A DNA stretch of 64,000 nt from positions 3,695 to 67,694 of the forward strand of contig JAOAIU010000024.1 in the NCBI GenBank assembly GCA_026414545.1, written 5' to 3'. Every line of letters begins with the position of its first letter. Position 1 is the first letter of the stretch. Of the stretch, positions 18,354 through 27,433 are shown piece after piece. The stretch comes from Candidatus Saccharicenans sp. (GTDB lineage Bacteria; Acidobacteriota; Aminicenantia; Aminicenantales; Saccharicenantaceae). A model generated the notes under the pieces. That model was not told the DNA's origin. It made no database searches and saw nothing but the letters and a program-made list of their open reading frames with translations. The position numbers and the translations under genes are program-made.

Positions 18354-18381
18354 TTGACAATTGTCATCATTTTTATAAAAT
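18354..18381 (+). promoter_or_regulatory. Candidate glnA promoter (TTGACA, then TATAAA/TAAAAT) with a perfect 12-bp palindrome TGACAATTGTCA over the -35 box
   Basis: TTGACA at 18354-18359 and the palindrome at 18355-18366. The -10 candidates are TATAAA at 18374-18379 (14-nt spacer) or TAAAAT at 18376-18381 (16-nt spacer). It lies in the divergent lrp-glnA intergenic region. Confidence 0.5.
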
Positions 18382-18463
18382 AACTTCATAAATGAAATTA
18401 AAACTGGAAAATTTCCTAACACGTCTCTGGCGCCCATGACTATTTTAATAAATGGAGGGAAAA

Positions 18464-19861
18464 ATGCAAGAAGGAATTAAAAACCTTTACGGACTGAGCA
18501 CAGAAGCTGAAGTACTGGAGGCAGTCCGTAAGGCAGAAAACCGCATAGAGTTCGTGCGGATTATGTTCACCGACATTCTGGGACGCCCGATGGATTTCTC
18601 GATTCCGGTTTCAGAGCTGGAGAAAGCCTTTTCCGAGGGCAAGGGCTTTGATGGCTCTTCGGTGGAAGGCTTTGTCCGGATAGAAGAAAGCGACCTGGTC
18701 ATCGTCCCCGACCCCAGGACCTTCAGGGTTTTCCCCTGGACCTACCAGGGCTTTGACCCGGCCATTTCCTGGAGAGAGGCCATCATGTTTGGCGACATCT
18801 ACCAGCCGGACGGGCGCCATTATCCGGGCGATAGCCGCTACGTCTTAAAAAGAGCCCTGGAAAGGATGAAGTCCGATTTCGGTTTTTCCGATTTCAAATG
18901 CGGCCCGGAGATGGAATTCTTCATTTTCCCCGACGACCAGAACCCGGTTCCTACCGACTCCGGCGGTTATTTCTTTGCCGGCAAGCACGGCGAGGTCCGG
19001 AAGGAAATCCAGCTCCTGCTGAAAAAGATGGGCATTGAACCTGAATACGACCATCATGAGGTGGCCCATGGCCAGCACGAAATCGACCTCAGGTATCAGA
19101 ACGCCCTGGAAATGGCTGACATTGTCATGGTCTTCAGGTACATGGCCAAAAAAGTAGCCAGGATGCACGGCCTTTACCTGACCTCCATGCCCAAGCCCAT
19201 CAACGGCCAGAACGGCAGCGGCATGCACGTCCATCAGTCCCTGTGGAAGAACGGGCACAATGCTTTTTTCGAGAAAGAAGCGCCCTACCATCTGTCGGCT
19301 GAGGCCCGGCACTACATCGCTGGCATCATCCATCACGCCCGGGAGATCTGTGCCATTTTCAGCCAGTGGGTAAATTCTTACAAGAGATTGATTGAAGGAT
19401 ATGAAGCTCCGGTCTACATAGCCTGGGGCCAGAAGAACCGCTCAGCCTACATCAGAGTGCCAGAGTACCAGCCGGGCAAAGAAAAAGCCACCCGCATAGA
19501 ATTGCGCTCCCCGGACCCGGGTTGCAACATATACCTGGCTCTGGCCACCATGCTGTCGGCTGGACTAGCCGGCCTCAAGATGGGCCTGGAACTCCCCGAC
19601 CCGGTCGAGGAAAACATATACCATATGAGCACCAGCAAGCAGAAGAAGGCCGGAATCCAGGTCTTGCCCAGGAATCTGGAAGAAGCTGTCCGGCTGGTAG
19701 AGAGGAGCCAGCTGGTCCGGGAAACACTGGGCGAGCAGCTGCACGAAAAATTCATAGCCAACAAGAAAAAAGAAATCGAAGACTACCTGCGGAATGTTCC
19801 GGACGAGTACGACAAGCAGGTCAGCCCCTACGAAATAAAACGTTACCTGCCGATGCTCTGA
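18464..19861 (+). CDS. glnA: Glutamine synthetase, type I
   Basis: Beta-grasp N-domain (IEFVRIMFTDILGRP), catalytic motifs (GFDGSSVEGF, GPEMEFF, HHEVAHGQHEIDL, NGSGMHVHQSLW) and the C-terminal RIELRSPD. I prefer ATG 18464 because GGAGGG lies 4 nt upstream; ATG 18452 is also possible. Confidence 0.9.
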   Translation: MQEGIKNLYGLSTEAEVLEAVRKAENRIEFVRIMFTDILGRPMDFSIPVSELEKAFSEGKGFDGSSVEGFVRIEESDLVIVPDPRTFRVFPWTYQGFDPAISWREAIMFGDIYQPDGRHYPGDSRYVLKRALERMKSDFGFSDFKCGPEMEFFIFPDDQNPVPTDSGGYFFAGKHGEVRKEIQLLLKKMGIEPEYDHHEVAHGQHEIDLRYQNALEMADIVMVFRYMAKKVARMHGLYLTSMPKPINGQNGSGMHVHQSLWKNGHNAFFEKEAPYHLSAEARHYIAGIIHHAREICAIFSQWVNSYKRLIEGYEAPVYIAWGQKNRSAYIRVPEYQPGKEKATRIELRSPDPGCNIYLALATMLSAGLAGLKMGLELPDPVEENIYHMSTSKQKKAGIQVLPRNLEEAVRLVERSQLVRETLGEQLHEKFIANKKKEIEDYLRNVPDEYDKQVSPYEIKRYLPML

Positions 19862-20111
19862 GAGACCGCTGCTTGGCCCTGGGCCGGGTGAGGTCATTAT
19901 TGCCGGCGGGGGCCAGAGCGCCAAGAATTGAAACTAAGAGAAGCAGAGCCCTGCCCTCCATGTCCTCCTGTTCTTCAAATTTAAGTTTCAAACGAATTCA
20001 ACCGGGTGCCCCCGACGCCAATCCAGTCCGGAAGCCAGGACCTTTTTCCTTCTCCAGAATCTTAAACAGCAGCTTGAAGCTGGCAGAATAAGATTATCGA
20101 AGGCCGCTTTC

Positions 20112-21218
20112 CTATTTTAGGTCTCGATAGCAGGTATTTCTGACCGTTCCGACCATGGCCCAGAAATTTTCCAGGGGGACATCGAGCTGTAAATGGTGGG
20201 TAGGCCCGATTATCAAGCCTCCCCGCCGGCCCACGGTCCTGAGCCTTTCCAGGACTTCGTCTCTGACTTCGTCGGGCGTTCCGAAAGGGAGGGTATACTG
20301 CAGGTCCATGGTTCCCCAGAAACACAGCCGGTCTCCGAACTCCTTCTTGAGCCGGGCCGGGTCCATCGAACGGGGTTGAACCGGGTTAAGCACGTCCAGC
20401 CCGATTTCTATCAGGTCCGGAATTATCGGATATATATTTCCGTCGGAATGGTAGGCAATTTTAAGAGCCGGGTTAATCCTTTTCAGAGTGGCTATCATCT
20501 CGGCCAGTCGTGGCTTCAGGAATCTTCTCCAGTGGCCAGGAGAAATCAACATCCGGTCCTGAGCTCCGACATCATCACCCAGCCAGATCATGTCCACTCC
20601 CAGCCCGGCCAGGTTTTTGGCCACCCGCAGATGATACTTAAAAGGAATGTCAAAAAGCCTGTCCACCAGCTCCGGGTTTCTTACCATGTCCAGCAGTGTC
20701 CGTTCCAGGCCCCTCAGGGCCCAGGCAGTTTCAAAAATGGTGGTCACCACCACCCCAACTATCCAGTATTCAGCTCCGAATCGTTCAACCGTCCATCTGG
20801 CCTCGGCATATAGCTCCGGGCGGTCGGGGTCAGGTGCCCGGTAGGAGTCAACGGCCCTATCCTCGGCCAGAGGATGACTGACGATTTCGGTATAGCGGCC
20901 GCGGCCAAACCTGGTTTCGTACTCCACATTTTTCCAGCCCACACCCCACTCATCCACATAGGTCAGTCCATCCTGGCTGTAAGACCGGGTGGCATAATAA
21001 GAATTGGCCCAGCCAACTGAGGTCAGAAGCAAATCGCAGCCAGTTAATCGCTCCAGAAGGTAACTATTGCCCCGGCCATGGGGGTTGTGAGCTTCCGGGC
21101 CCAACCCTAATGATGGCCGCAGCCTGTCGGCAAATTCTGGAGTAAAGCTCAAGTGCAACGGACATCGATCCGGCTCCTGGTGGTTCAGGGCCAACCAGAC
21201 CCTTTCCCGGGGTGTCAT
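20112..21218 (-). CDS. Uroporphyrinogen decarboxylase (URO-D) family protein (MtaA/CmuA-like methyltransferase family possible)
   Basis: 368 aa. The N-terminal RERVWLALNHQEPDRCP and the TIM-barrel-like layout, including the DMIWLGDDVG motif, are typical of URO-D family proteins. The substrate is unknown and no corrinoid protein is adjacent. Confidence 0.65.
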   Translation of the reverse strand: MTPRERVWLALNHQEPDRCPLHLSFTPEFADRLRPSLGLGPEAHNPHGRGNSYLLERLTGCDLLLTSVGWANSYYATRSYSQDGLTYVDEWGVGWKNVEYETRFGRGRYTEIVSHPLAEDRAVDSYRAPDPDRPELYAEARWTVERFGAEYWIVGVVVTTIFETAWALRGLERTLLDMVRNPELVDRLFDIPFKYHLRVAKNLAGLGVDMIWLGDDVGAQDRMLISPGHWRRFLKPRLAEMIATLKRINPALKIAYHSDGNIYPIIPDLIEIGLDVLNPVQPRSMDPARLKKEFGDRLCFWGTMDLQYTLPFGTPDEVRDEVLERLRTVGRRGGLIIGPTHHLQLDVPLENFWAMVGTVRNTCYRDLK

Positions 21219-21713
21219 GAATTTCCCTTCATATGAAAATTACATGGAAATTATATTTGGAATATCGGGCTTCCGCCAGCGGCCATGTTTCGCCCCCCAC
21301 AATATTAATCAGGCTGAATAATGAGGGGCTGCTCCTTACGGTGTTTCCGTTTCTGCTTCCAGCCCTGATTCCTTGCTTGAGTTGCTCACCAGCCGTCCCC
21401 ATCCCCCCCTTTATTCACTCCCTGCTTCAGACCATCTTTCATCTCAGAAAAATTTTTCTTGACAATCATTTTCCAGCTCATATATAAGAAAATATCATTA
21501 TCAGGGTATTATAGGTTAAGAAGGAGTTATACATTAAAACCAGTCTTGCTGGTTGGTGTATATCATTATCCGGGGGATTTTTTCCTATTATCCTGCCTCT
21601 TCTTTCGCCTGACCCCGCATTTCCGCCGAATTCCATTTCAAAACGAACGCCGCTTTTCCATCCTGGCTGGAAGGGCTTTAATCAATTAAATTCCATAAAA
21701 AGGGAGGCCTGTT

Positions 21714-22187
21714 TTGAGTGTTCATCAAACCATCAACCTGGATAGCCTCCAGGAAATCGTTGAAAGGCATGGCTACAACAAGAACAAACTGATTGCCATT
21801 CTCCAGGACATCCAGGCTGTTTATCATTACTTGCCGGCCGAGGCTTTGAAGACCCTCTCCAAGCTGCTGAAAATTCCGCTGGTGGACATCATTTCCGTGG
21901 CCACCTTTTACCGGGCCTTTAGCCTGACCCCCAAGGGCCGGCATGTGGCTACCGTGTGTATGGGTACAGCCTGTCATGTCCGCGGAGCTCCGAAAATCCT
22001 GGAAGAGTTTGAACGTCAGCTCAACATTCGCCGGGGAGAGACCACTGAAGACGGCGAGTGGTCGCTGGAAACCGTGGCCTGCCTGGGCTGCTGCGCCATC
22101 GGCCCGGTGGTGGTGGTCGACGGGGACTATCATGCCCATACCAGCATCAGGAAAGTCCCCACCATCCTCGACAGGTACCGAAAGTGA
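21714..22187 (+). CDS. NuoE/HndA-like thioredoxin-fold [2Fe-2S] subunit
   Basis: CMGTACHVRGA ... CLGCCAIGPVV four-Cys pattern. The start is a TTG, with RBS AGGGAGG 6 nt upstream. Confidence 0.85.
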   Translation: MSVHQTINLDSLQEIVERHGYNKNKLIAILQDIQAVYHYLPAEALKTLSKLLKIPLVDIISVATFYRAFSLTPKGRHVATVCMGTACHVRGAPKILEEFERQLNIRRGETTEDGEWSLETVACLGCCAIGPVVVVDGDYHAHTSIRKVPTILDRYRK

Positions 22188-22195
22188 GGCCGGCC

Positions 22196-24103
22196 ATGAA
22201 AAAGATAAAAAAGTTCAGGAACATCGAAGAGCTAAAAAAGGCCATTGAACAGCAGGAAGCCGGCCGTCAGCAGGAAAAAAAGAAAAAGGTCATCGTGGTA
22301 TCCTCCGGAACCTGCGGCCAGGCCCGGGGCTCGCTCAAAGTCATCGATGCCCTGAAAAAGGCTCTCCGGGAAGAGGGCCTGAAAGACCAGGTGGCCATCC
22401 GCATCACCGGCTGCCACGGGTTCTGTGAAGCCGAGCCGAACATCATCATCTACCCGGACAGGATTTTCTACCAGAAGCTGACCCCGGCTGATGTCCGGAC
22501 CGTAGTCAAGGAAACTCTGGTCGAAGGACGGGTGGTGGAGAAATTTCTCCACCGCGACCCCCTGACCAAAGAACGGGCCTGGTACGAGAATGAAATTCCC
22601 TTCTACCAGAAGCAGAAAAGAATCGTCCTGGGCGACAATGTTTTCGTCGACCCGACCAATTTGCTCGAGTACCTGGCCATCGGCGGCTTCCGGCCGTTCA
22701 TCAAGGCCCTAACCCGGATGAAGCCAGAAGATATCATCCAGACCGTCAAGGAATCAGGGCTGCGGGGCCGGGGTGGAGCCGGCTTCCCCACCGGAGTTAA
22801 ATGGGAAGCTACCCGCCGCTCGCCGGGCGACATCAAGTACATAATCTGCAACGGAGACGAAGGCGACCCCGGAGCTTACATGGACCGCAGCGTGCTGGAG
22901 GGCAACCCCTACCGGGTACTGGAAGGAATGATGATCGGAGCCCTGGCTATCGGCGCCCGGGAAGGCTACATCTATGTTCGCGATGAATACCCCCTGGCCG
23001 TTCGCCACGTGACCATGGCTCTGGAGCAACTTCACAAAGCCGGGTTGCTCGGAGAAAAGATCCTGGGGACCGATTTCAGCTTTGACCTTCACCTGGCCAA
23101 GGGAGCCGGGGCTTTTGTCTGCGGCGAGGAGACGGCGCTGATCGCTTCCATCGAAGGTCGGGTGGGCGAACCTCGCCAGAGACCACCCTTCCCGGCCCAG
23201 AAAGGTCTGTGGAGAAAACCCACCTGCATCAACAACGTCGAAACCTGGGCTAATATTCCCTTAATCATATTAAATGGAGCTGACTGGTTCTCCAGCATAG
23301 GAACCAGCGGCAGCAAGGGCACCAAGATTTTCTCCCTGGTAGGGAAAATCAATAACACCGGCCTGGTGGAAGTGCCCATGGGCATTACCCTGAGGGAAAT
23401 TATTTATGACATCGGTGGCGGCATCCCGGAAGGCAAAGCCTTCAAAGCCGTCCAGACCGGAGGGCCGTCGGGTGGCTGCCTGCCGGCCTCCATGCTGGAC
23501 CAGATCATCGATTATGAATCGCTGACTGCAGCCGGTTCCATCATGGGCTCGGGCGGCATGATCGTCATGGACGAGAAGACTTGCATGGTCGACGTGGCCA
23601 TGTACTTCCTCAACTTCCTCCGCGACGAAAGCTGCGGCAAATGCATCTCCTGCCGGGAAGGTACCCAGAGGATGTGGGAAATCGTCAGGGATATAACCGA
23701 AGGCAAAGGCCAACCGGGAGACCTGGAATTGCTGGAAGAACTGGCCCTGGCCACCAAGGAAGCTTCCATGTGCGGGCTGGGCCAGACCGCGGCCAACCCG
23801 GTTCTGTCCACCCTGAGATATTTCCGGGACGAATACGAAGCCCACATTTATGAGAAACGCTGCCCGGCTGGAGTCTGCAAGAGCTTGATTCGTTACGCGG
23901 TCATCCCCGAAAAATGTACCGGCTGCGAGGCCTGCAAGCGGGCCTGCCCTACTGGAGCCATCCAGGGTACCAGGAAGGATGTTCACCTGATTCTCTACGA
24001 CAAGTGCATCAAATGCGGAGCTTGCCTGGAAGCCTGTCGATTTGAGGCCATTGAAGCCCAGCGCGACGAGGCCATAACCATCGTCAGGGAGGTGAAGCCA
24101 TGA
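22196..24103 (+). CDS. NuoF/HndC/HydB-like NADH-binding flavoprotein with extra N-terminal [2Fe-2S] thioredoxin-like domain and C-terminal 2x[4Fe-4S] ferredoxin domain
   Basis: GLRGRGGAGFPTGVKW (FMN/NADH site), ESCGKCISCREG (N3 cluster), N-terminal SSGTCGQARG...GCHGFCE, and C-terminal CTGCEACKRACP / CIKCGACLEACR. I take the start at ATG 22196 (MKKIKKF); the track's 22058 start overlaps nuoE. Confidence 0.9.
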   Translation: MKKIKKFRNIEELKKAIEQQEAGRQQEKKKKVIVVSSGTCGQARGSLKVIDALKKALREEGLKDQVAIRITGCHGFCEAEPNIIIYPDRIFYQKLTPADVRTVVKETLVEGRVVEKFLHRDPLTKERAWYENEIPFYQKQKRIVLGDNVFVDPTNLLEYLAIGGFRPFIKALTRMKPEDIIQTVKESGLRGRGGAGFPTGVKWEATRRSPGDIKYIICNGDEGDPGAYMDRSVLEGNPYRVLEGMMIGALAIGAREGYIYVRDEYPLAVRHVTMALEQLHKAGLLGEKILGTDFSFDLHLAKGAGAFVCGEETALIASIEGRVGEPRQRPPFPAQKGLWRKPTCINNVETWANIPLIILNGADWFSSIGTSGSKGTKIFSLVGKINNTGLVEVPMGITLREIIYDIGGGIPEGKAFKAVQTGGPSGGCLPASMLDQIIDYESLTAAGSIMGSGGMIVMDEKTCMVDVAMYFLNFLRDESCGKCISCREGTQRMWEIVRDITEGKGQPGDLELLEELALATKEASMCGLGQTAANPVLSTLRYFRDEYEAHIYEKRCPAGVCKSLIRYAVIPEKCTGCEACKRACPTGAIQGTRKDVHLILYDKCIKCGACLEACRFEAIEAQRDEAITIVREVKP

Positions 24104-24780
24104 TCACCATGAAGATCAACGGGGTGGAAGTCAAGGCTGAAGAGGGCTGGACCATCCTGGAAACGGCCAAATTCTACGGCCTGGAAATTCCGACCCTCTG
24201 CTACCACGAAGGACTTAGTCCTTATGGCGGCTGCCGACTCTGCCTGGTGGAAATAGGCGAAGGGCCGAGAGCCAAGCTGGTTTCCTCCTGCACCTATCCG
24301 GCCGAGGAAGGTCTGGTGGTGCACACTGATACCAGGAGGGTGGTCCAGGCGCGACGGATGATGATCGAGCTGATGCTGTCGGTAGCTCCTTATTCCAAGG
24401 TTATCCAGGACCTAGCCTCCAAGTTCGGGGTCACCAGGATGCGCTTCAAGATCCGCAATGAAGAGTGCATCCTGTGCGGGCTGTGTGTCCGGATGTGCGA
24501 GGAGCAGATGGACGGTAAAGCCATAGGCTTTCAGAACCGGGGCTACCAGAGAAAAATCTCGACTCCCTTCGACATCCGCTCTGAAGAATGCCGGCTGTGC
24601 GGGGGCTGTATCTATATCTGCCCGGCCTGCCAGCTGCGCTGCCAGGGCCCGCAGGCTGAAACGGCCATCTGCAACGCCTGCTTAACCCTGGAACCCAGCT
24701 GCCTGGACTTCTACGACGAACTCCAGTGCTGGATGTACGATGCCGGCCGCTGCGGCACCTGCGTCCGGGAGAAAAAATAA
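24100..24780 (+). CDS. NuoG-N-terminal-like Fe-S protein ([2Fe-2S] Fer2_4 domain plus two 4Fe-4S-type Cys motifs), no catalytic domain
   Basis: 226 aa. INGVEV...TILETAKFYGLEIPTLCYHEGLSPYGGCRLCLVEI is the NuoG/HndD N-terminus, followed by CILCGLCVRMCEE and CRLCGGCIYICPAC. No H-cluster, molybdopterin or GltD domain follows. ATGA overlap with the upstream gene. Confidence 0.75.
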   Translation: MITMKINGVEVKAEEGWTILETAKFYGLEIPTLCYHEGLSPYGGCRLCLVEIGEGPRAKLVSSCTYPAEEGLVVHTDTRRVVQARRMMIELMLSVAPYSKVIQDLASKFGVTRMRFKIRNEECILCGLCVRMCEEQMDGKAIGFQNRGYQRKISTPFDIRSEECRLCGGCIYICPACQLRCQGPQAETAICNACLTLEPSCLDFYDELQCWMYDAGRCGTCVREKK

Positions 24781-24837
24781 TGACTTTAACCATAGATACA
24801 TCATTAAATTCAACAAAGGGAAAAAGGAGGTAAAACT

Positions 24838-26415
24838 ATGACCTACACAAAAATCAACAGGAGTGCAGCCACCTTAACCAAGAATAGAACCGAAGGTTCC
24901 ATCAGCCCCTTCAGCGGGATGTGTGTGACCTGCGTGGATGGCTGTATCGGGATGTGCGAAATCGGCAAATCGGCCTACCGGGGCACCGAAGTCCTCTATC
25001 CCCAGCCGTTTGGTTTGATAACCGCGGCCGCCGAGAAGGATTATCCGGTTGACCTGTCGCATTTTAACATCATGGGCACGGCAGCCGGGGCCTGGGGCGT
25101 GCCGGCCGACAGCGACCTGGCTACGTTCGAAAAAGTAAACATAGAAACCGCGGTCGGCCGCGACAAGGGGATCAAGTTGCGAGTACCTTTTGTCATCCCC
25201 GGCATGGGTTCGACCAACGTAGCCAAGCAAAACTGGGCCGGACTGGCCGTGGGCGCAGCCATCTCCGGAGCCATCCTGACCGTCGGCGAGAACGTCTGTG
25301 GAATGGATGAGGAAGCAGAGATAAAAAACGGCCGGGTGGTCCGCTCTCCTGACATGGAAATGAGAGTCCGCTCCTTCCAGAACTGGAGTGACGGTTATGG
25401 CACGGTCGTCGTCCAGGCCAACGTGGAAGACACCCGTCTGGGAGTCCAGGAATACGTTATTGAAAAACTCGGGGTTGAGGCTGTCGAGCTGAAATGGGGC
25501 CAGGGGGCCAAGGATATCGGCGGCGAGGTGAAAATAAAATCTCTGAAGAAAGCCCAGGAATTGAAAAGAAGGGGCTACATCGTCCTGCCCGACCCGGAAG
25601 ACCCGCTGGTCATCCAGGCCTTTGAAAAGGGCAGCTTCAAGGAATTCGAACGTCACAGCCGCCTGGGGATGGTGGAAGAAGAAAGCTTCATGAAACGGGT
25701 AGAAGAGCTCAGAAAGGCCGGAGCTAAATACGTCTTCCTGAAGACCGGTGCTTATCGCCCGGCTGACCTGGCCCGGGCCGTCAAATATGCCTCCAAGGCC
25801 AAGATTGACATGCTGACCATAGACGGAGCTGGCGGTGGAACCGGCATGAGCCCCTGGCGGATGATGAACGAATGGGGCATTCCGGGAGTGGAAATCTGGT
25901 CCCTGACCTATAAATACGCTGATTACCTGGCCAAGAAGGGAGAATACGTTCCTGATATCGTCTTTGCGGGCGGCATAACCTTTGAAGACCAGATCTTCAA
26001 GGCTATAGCCCTGGGCGCTCCCTATGTCAAAGCTGTGGGCATGGCTCGCTCTCCCCTGGCCGCAGCCATGGTTGGTAAGACCATCGGCAGTCGCATCAAG
26101 GACGGACAGATTCCGGTCTATGTCGAAAGGTTCGGAAACAGCGTTGAAGAAATTTTCATCACCGCTCCTGAACTTAAGAAGAGATTCGGAGAGAGGTTCA
26201 ACGAACTGCCGCCGGGAGCCATTGGTGTCTACACTTACTTCAAGCGGTTGAACCAGGGACTGCGGCAATTGATGGCCGGAGCCCGCAAATTCTCGCTGGG
26301 TTACATCACCCGGGACGATATTGGCGCCCTGACCATGGAAGCTGCCAGAATCAGCGGCATCAAGTACATCCAGGATATCGACCAAGAGGAAGTTAATCAA
26401 ATCCTCAATTCCTGA
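24838..26415 (+). CDS. Glutamate synthase-related FMN-binding protein (GltB domain-2 / Glu_synthase family) with N-terminal Cys cluster
   Basis: 525 aa. IDGAGGGTGMSPW corresponds to the GltB FMN-domain GGTGASP motif. The N-terminal CVTCVDGCIGMC is a CxxCxxxCxxxC motif. RBS AAAGGAGG is present. No amidotransferase or GXGXG domain is adjacent. Confidence 0.8.
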   Translation: MTYTKINRSAATLTKNRTEGSISPFSGMCVTCVDGCIGMCEIGKSAYRGTEVLYPQPFGLITAAAEKDYPVDLSHFNIMGTAAGAWGVPADSDLATFEKVNIETAVGRDKGIKLRVPFVIPGMGSTNVAKQNWAGLAVGAAISGAILTVGENVCGMDEEAEIKNGRVVRSPDMEMRVRSFQNWSDGYGTVVVQANVEDTRLGVQEYVIEKLGVEAVELKWGQGAKDIGGEVKIKSLKKAQELKRRGYIVLPDPEDPLVIQAFEKGSFKEFERHSRLGMVEEESFMKRVEELRKAGAKYVFLKTGAYRPADLARAVKYASKAKIDMLTIDGAGGGTGMSPWRMMNEWGIPGVEIWSLTYKYADYLAKKGEYVPDIVFAGGITFEDQIFKAIALGAPYVKAVGMARSPLAAAMVGKTIGSRIKDGQIPVYVERFGNSVEEIFITAPELKKRFGERFNELPPGAIGVYTYFKRLNQGLRQLMAGARKFSLGYITRDDIGALTMEAARISGIKYIQDIDQEEVNQILNS

Positions 26416-26443
26416 TTCCTCTTTTCCTATCAACCAGAAGGCA

Positions 26444-26479
26444 GAGCCTGACCCGTGAAGGGTCAGGCTCGCTTTTTTT
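26444..26479 (+). terminator. Rho-independent terminator after the gltB-like gene
   Basis: An 11-bp perfect stem GAGCCTGACCC / GGGTCAGGCTC with loop GTGAA, followed by GCTTTTTTT. Confidence 0.85.
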
Positions 26480-26747
26480 AGGGACCATTCCAACCAGATG
26501 TCTCTTCAGAATTCATGACTTCTATCCAGGAGGTGGCCACCGAAGGGAGACTCTCATCACCGGGAAAACAACCGGGACTAATCTGGATCCAGCCAGGACA
26601 GTAGTAACTGGCCGCGGCTATTTAACCATCTTCTTCAGCTTAGAATATGTAGATTCCGGTCCAATCTAACCTTTAGCCGTGTCAAAACGGCCCACGGCAT
26701 AGACTTATACCCCGTTCTTATGGTATAAGAAAAAGACCTGAAGAAAG

Positions 26748-27422
26748 ATGATTACAACTATCATAAGCCTGTTCATCCTGTTGTTCGCCATCACCATTCA
26801 CGAGGCTGCCCACGGCTGGGCGGCTTACCGGCTGGGTGACCCCACGGCTATGGCTGCCGGCCGGGTGACCCTGAATCCCCTGGCCCACATCGATATTTTC
26901 GGCACGGTGATTCTTCCCCTGCTCCTGGCGGTGTTCGGGGCCCCGGTCTTTGGCTGGGCCAAGCCGGTTCCGGTCAATCCCAACTTCCTGCGAAACCCGA
27001 GGAAAGACGGGTTCTGGATTTCCCTGGCCGGGCCGGCGGCTAACATCCTGGCTGCGGTTTCTGCCCTGCTGCTCATCGTCTTGCTAAGACTAGTCAGCCC
27101 GGTAACCACCACCGCGCTCTATAACTTCCTGACTTCCCGCGGCGGTTTGCCGCCAGGACTGCAACCGTTGCAAGGCCTGGTCATCATCCTGTTCTATCTG
27201 GTTCTGATCAACACTTATCTGGTAGCCTTCAACCTCATCCCCATGTATCCGCTCGACGGAAGCGGCGTGCTGGAAGGACTTTTGCCGGACCGCCTGGCCG
27301 ATAGCTACGCCCGTTTGAGGCCATACGGTTTCCTGATAGTAATTATCCTGATTTCCGTGGGAATCCTGGACCTGATTATCAGGCCTTTACAATATTTAAT
27401 ACTGGCCATAATCTTTTTTTGA
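26748..27422 (+). CDS. Site-2 protease family (peptidase M50) membrane metalloprotease, short form
   Basis: HEAAHGWAA (HEXXH inside TM1), polytopic, with a later NLIPMYPLDGS motif typical of M50. Confidence 0.75.
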   Translation: MITTIISLFILLFAITIHEAAHGWAAYRLGDPTAMAAGRVTLNPLAHIDIFGTVILPLLLAVFGAPVFGWAKPVPVNPNFLRNPRKDGFWISLAGPAANILAAVSALLLIVLLRLVSPVTTTALYNFLTSRGGLPPGLQPLQGLVIILFYLVLINTYLVAFNLIPMYPLDGSGVLEGLLPDRLADSYARLRPYGFLIVIILISVGILDLIIRPLQYLILAIIFF

Positions 27423-27433
27423 GCACAGCTGCC

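Noticed and set aside
24874-26493. A 539-aa ORF on the minus strand, fully antisense to the gltB-like gene. Similar long antisense ORFs occur at 13446-14522, 15175-16296, 36156-37184, 37417-38325, 43075-43740, 43744-44487, 50719-51780, 52995-54230, 54405-55355 and 57087-57653.
   Set aside because: Their translations are low-complexity (G/P/R/A/D/V-rich) with no motifs. In every case the sense-strand proteins have clear family signatures. These are typical shadow ORFs, left open because codon bias in GC-rich genes depletes stop codons on the opposite strand.
26527-26578. Glycine-riboswitch-like fragments (AGGAGG...CACCGAAGGGAGACTCTCA...GGGAAAACAACCGGGAC) upstream of the M50 protease/trpS operon.
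   Set aside because: Only 4 nt separate the CACCGAAGG and CTCTCA elements, whereas the aptamer needs a P3/P3a stem there. The P1/P2 pairing is not evident, and the downstream genes are not glycine-related.
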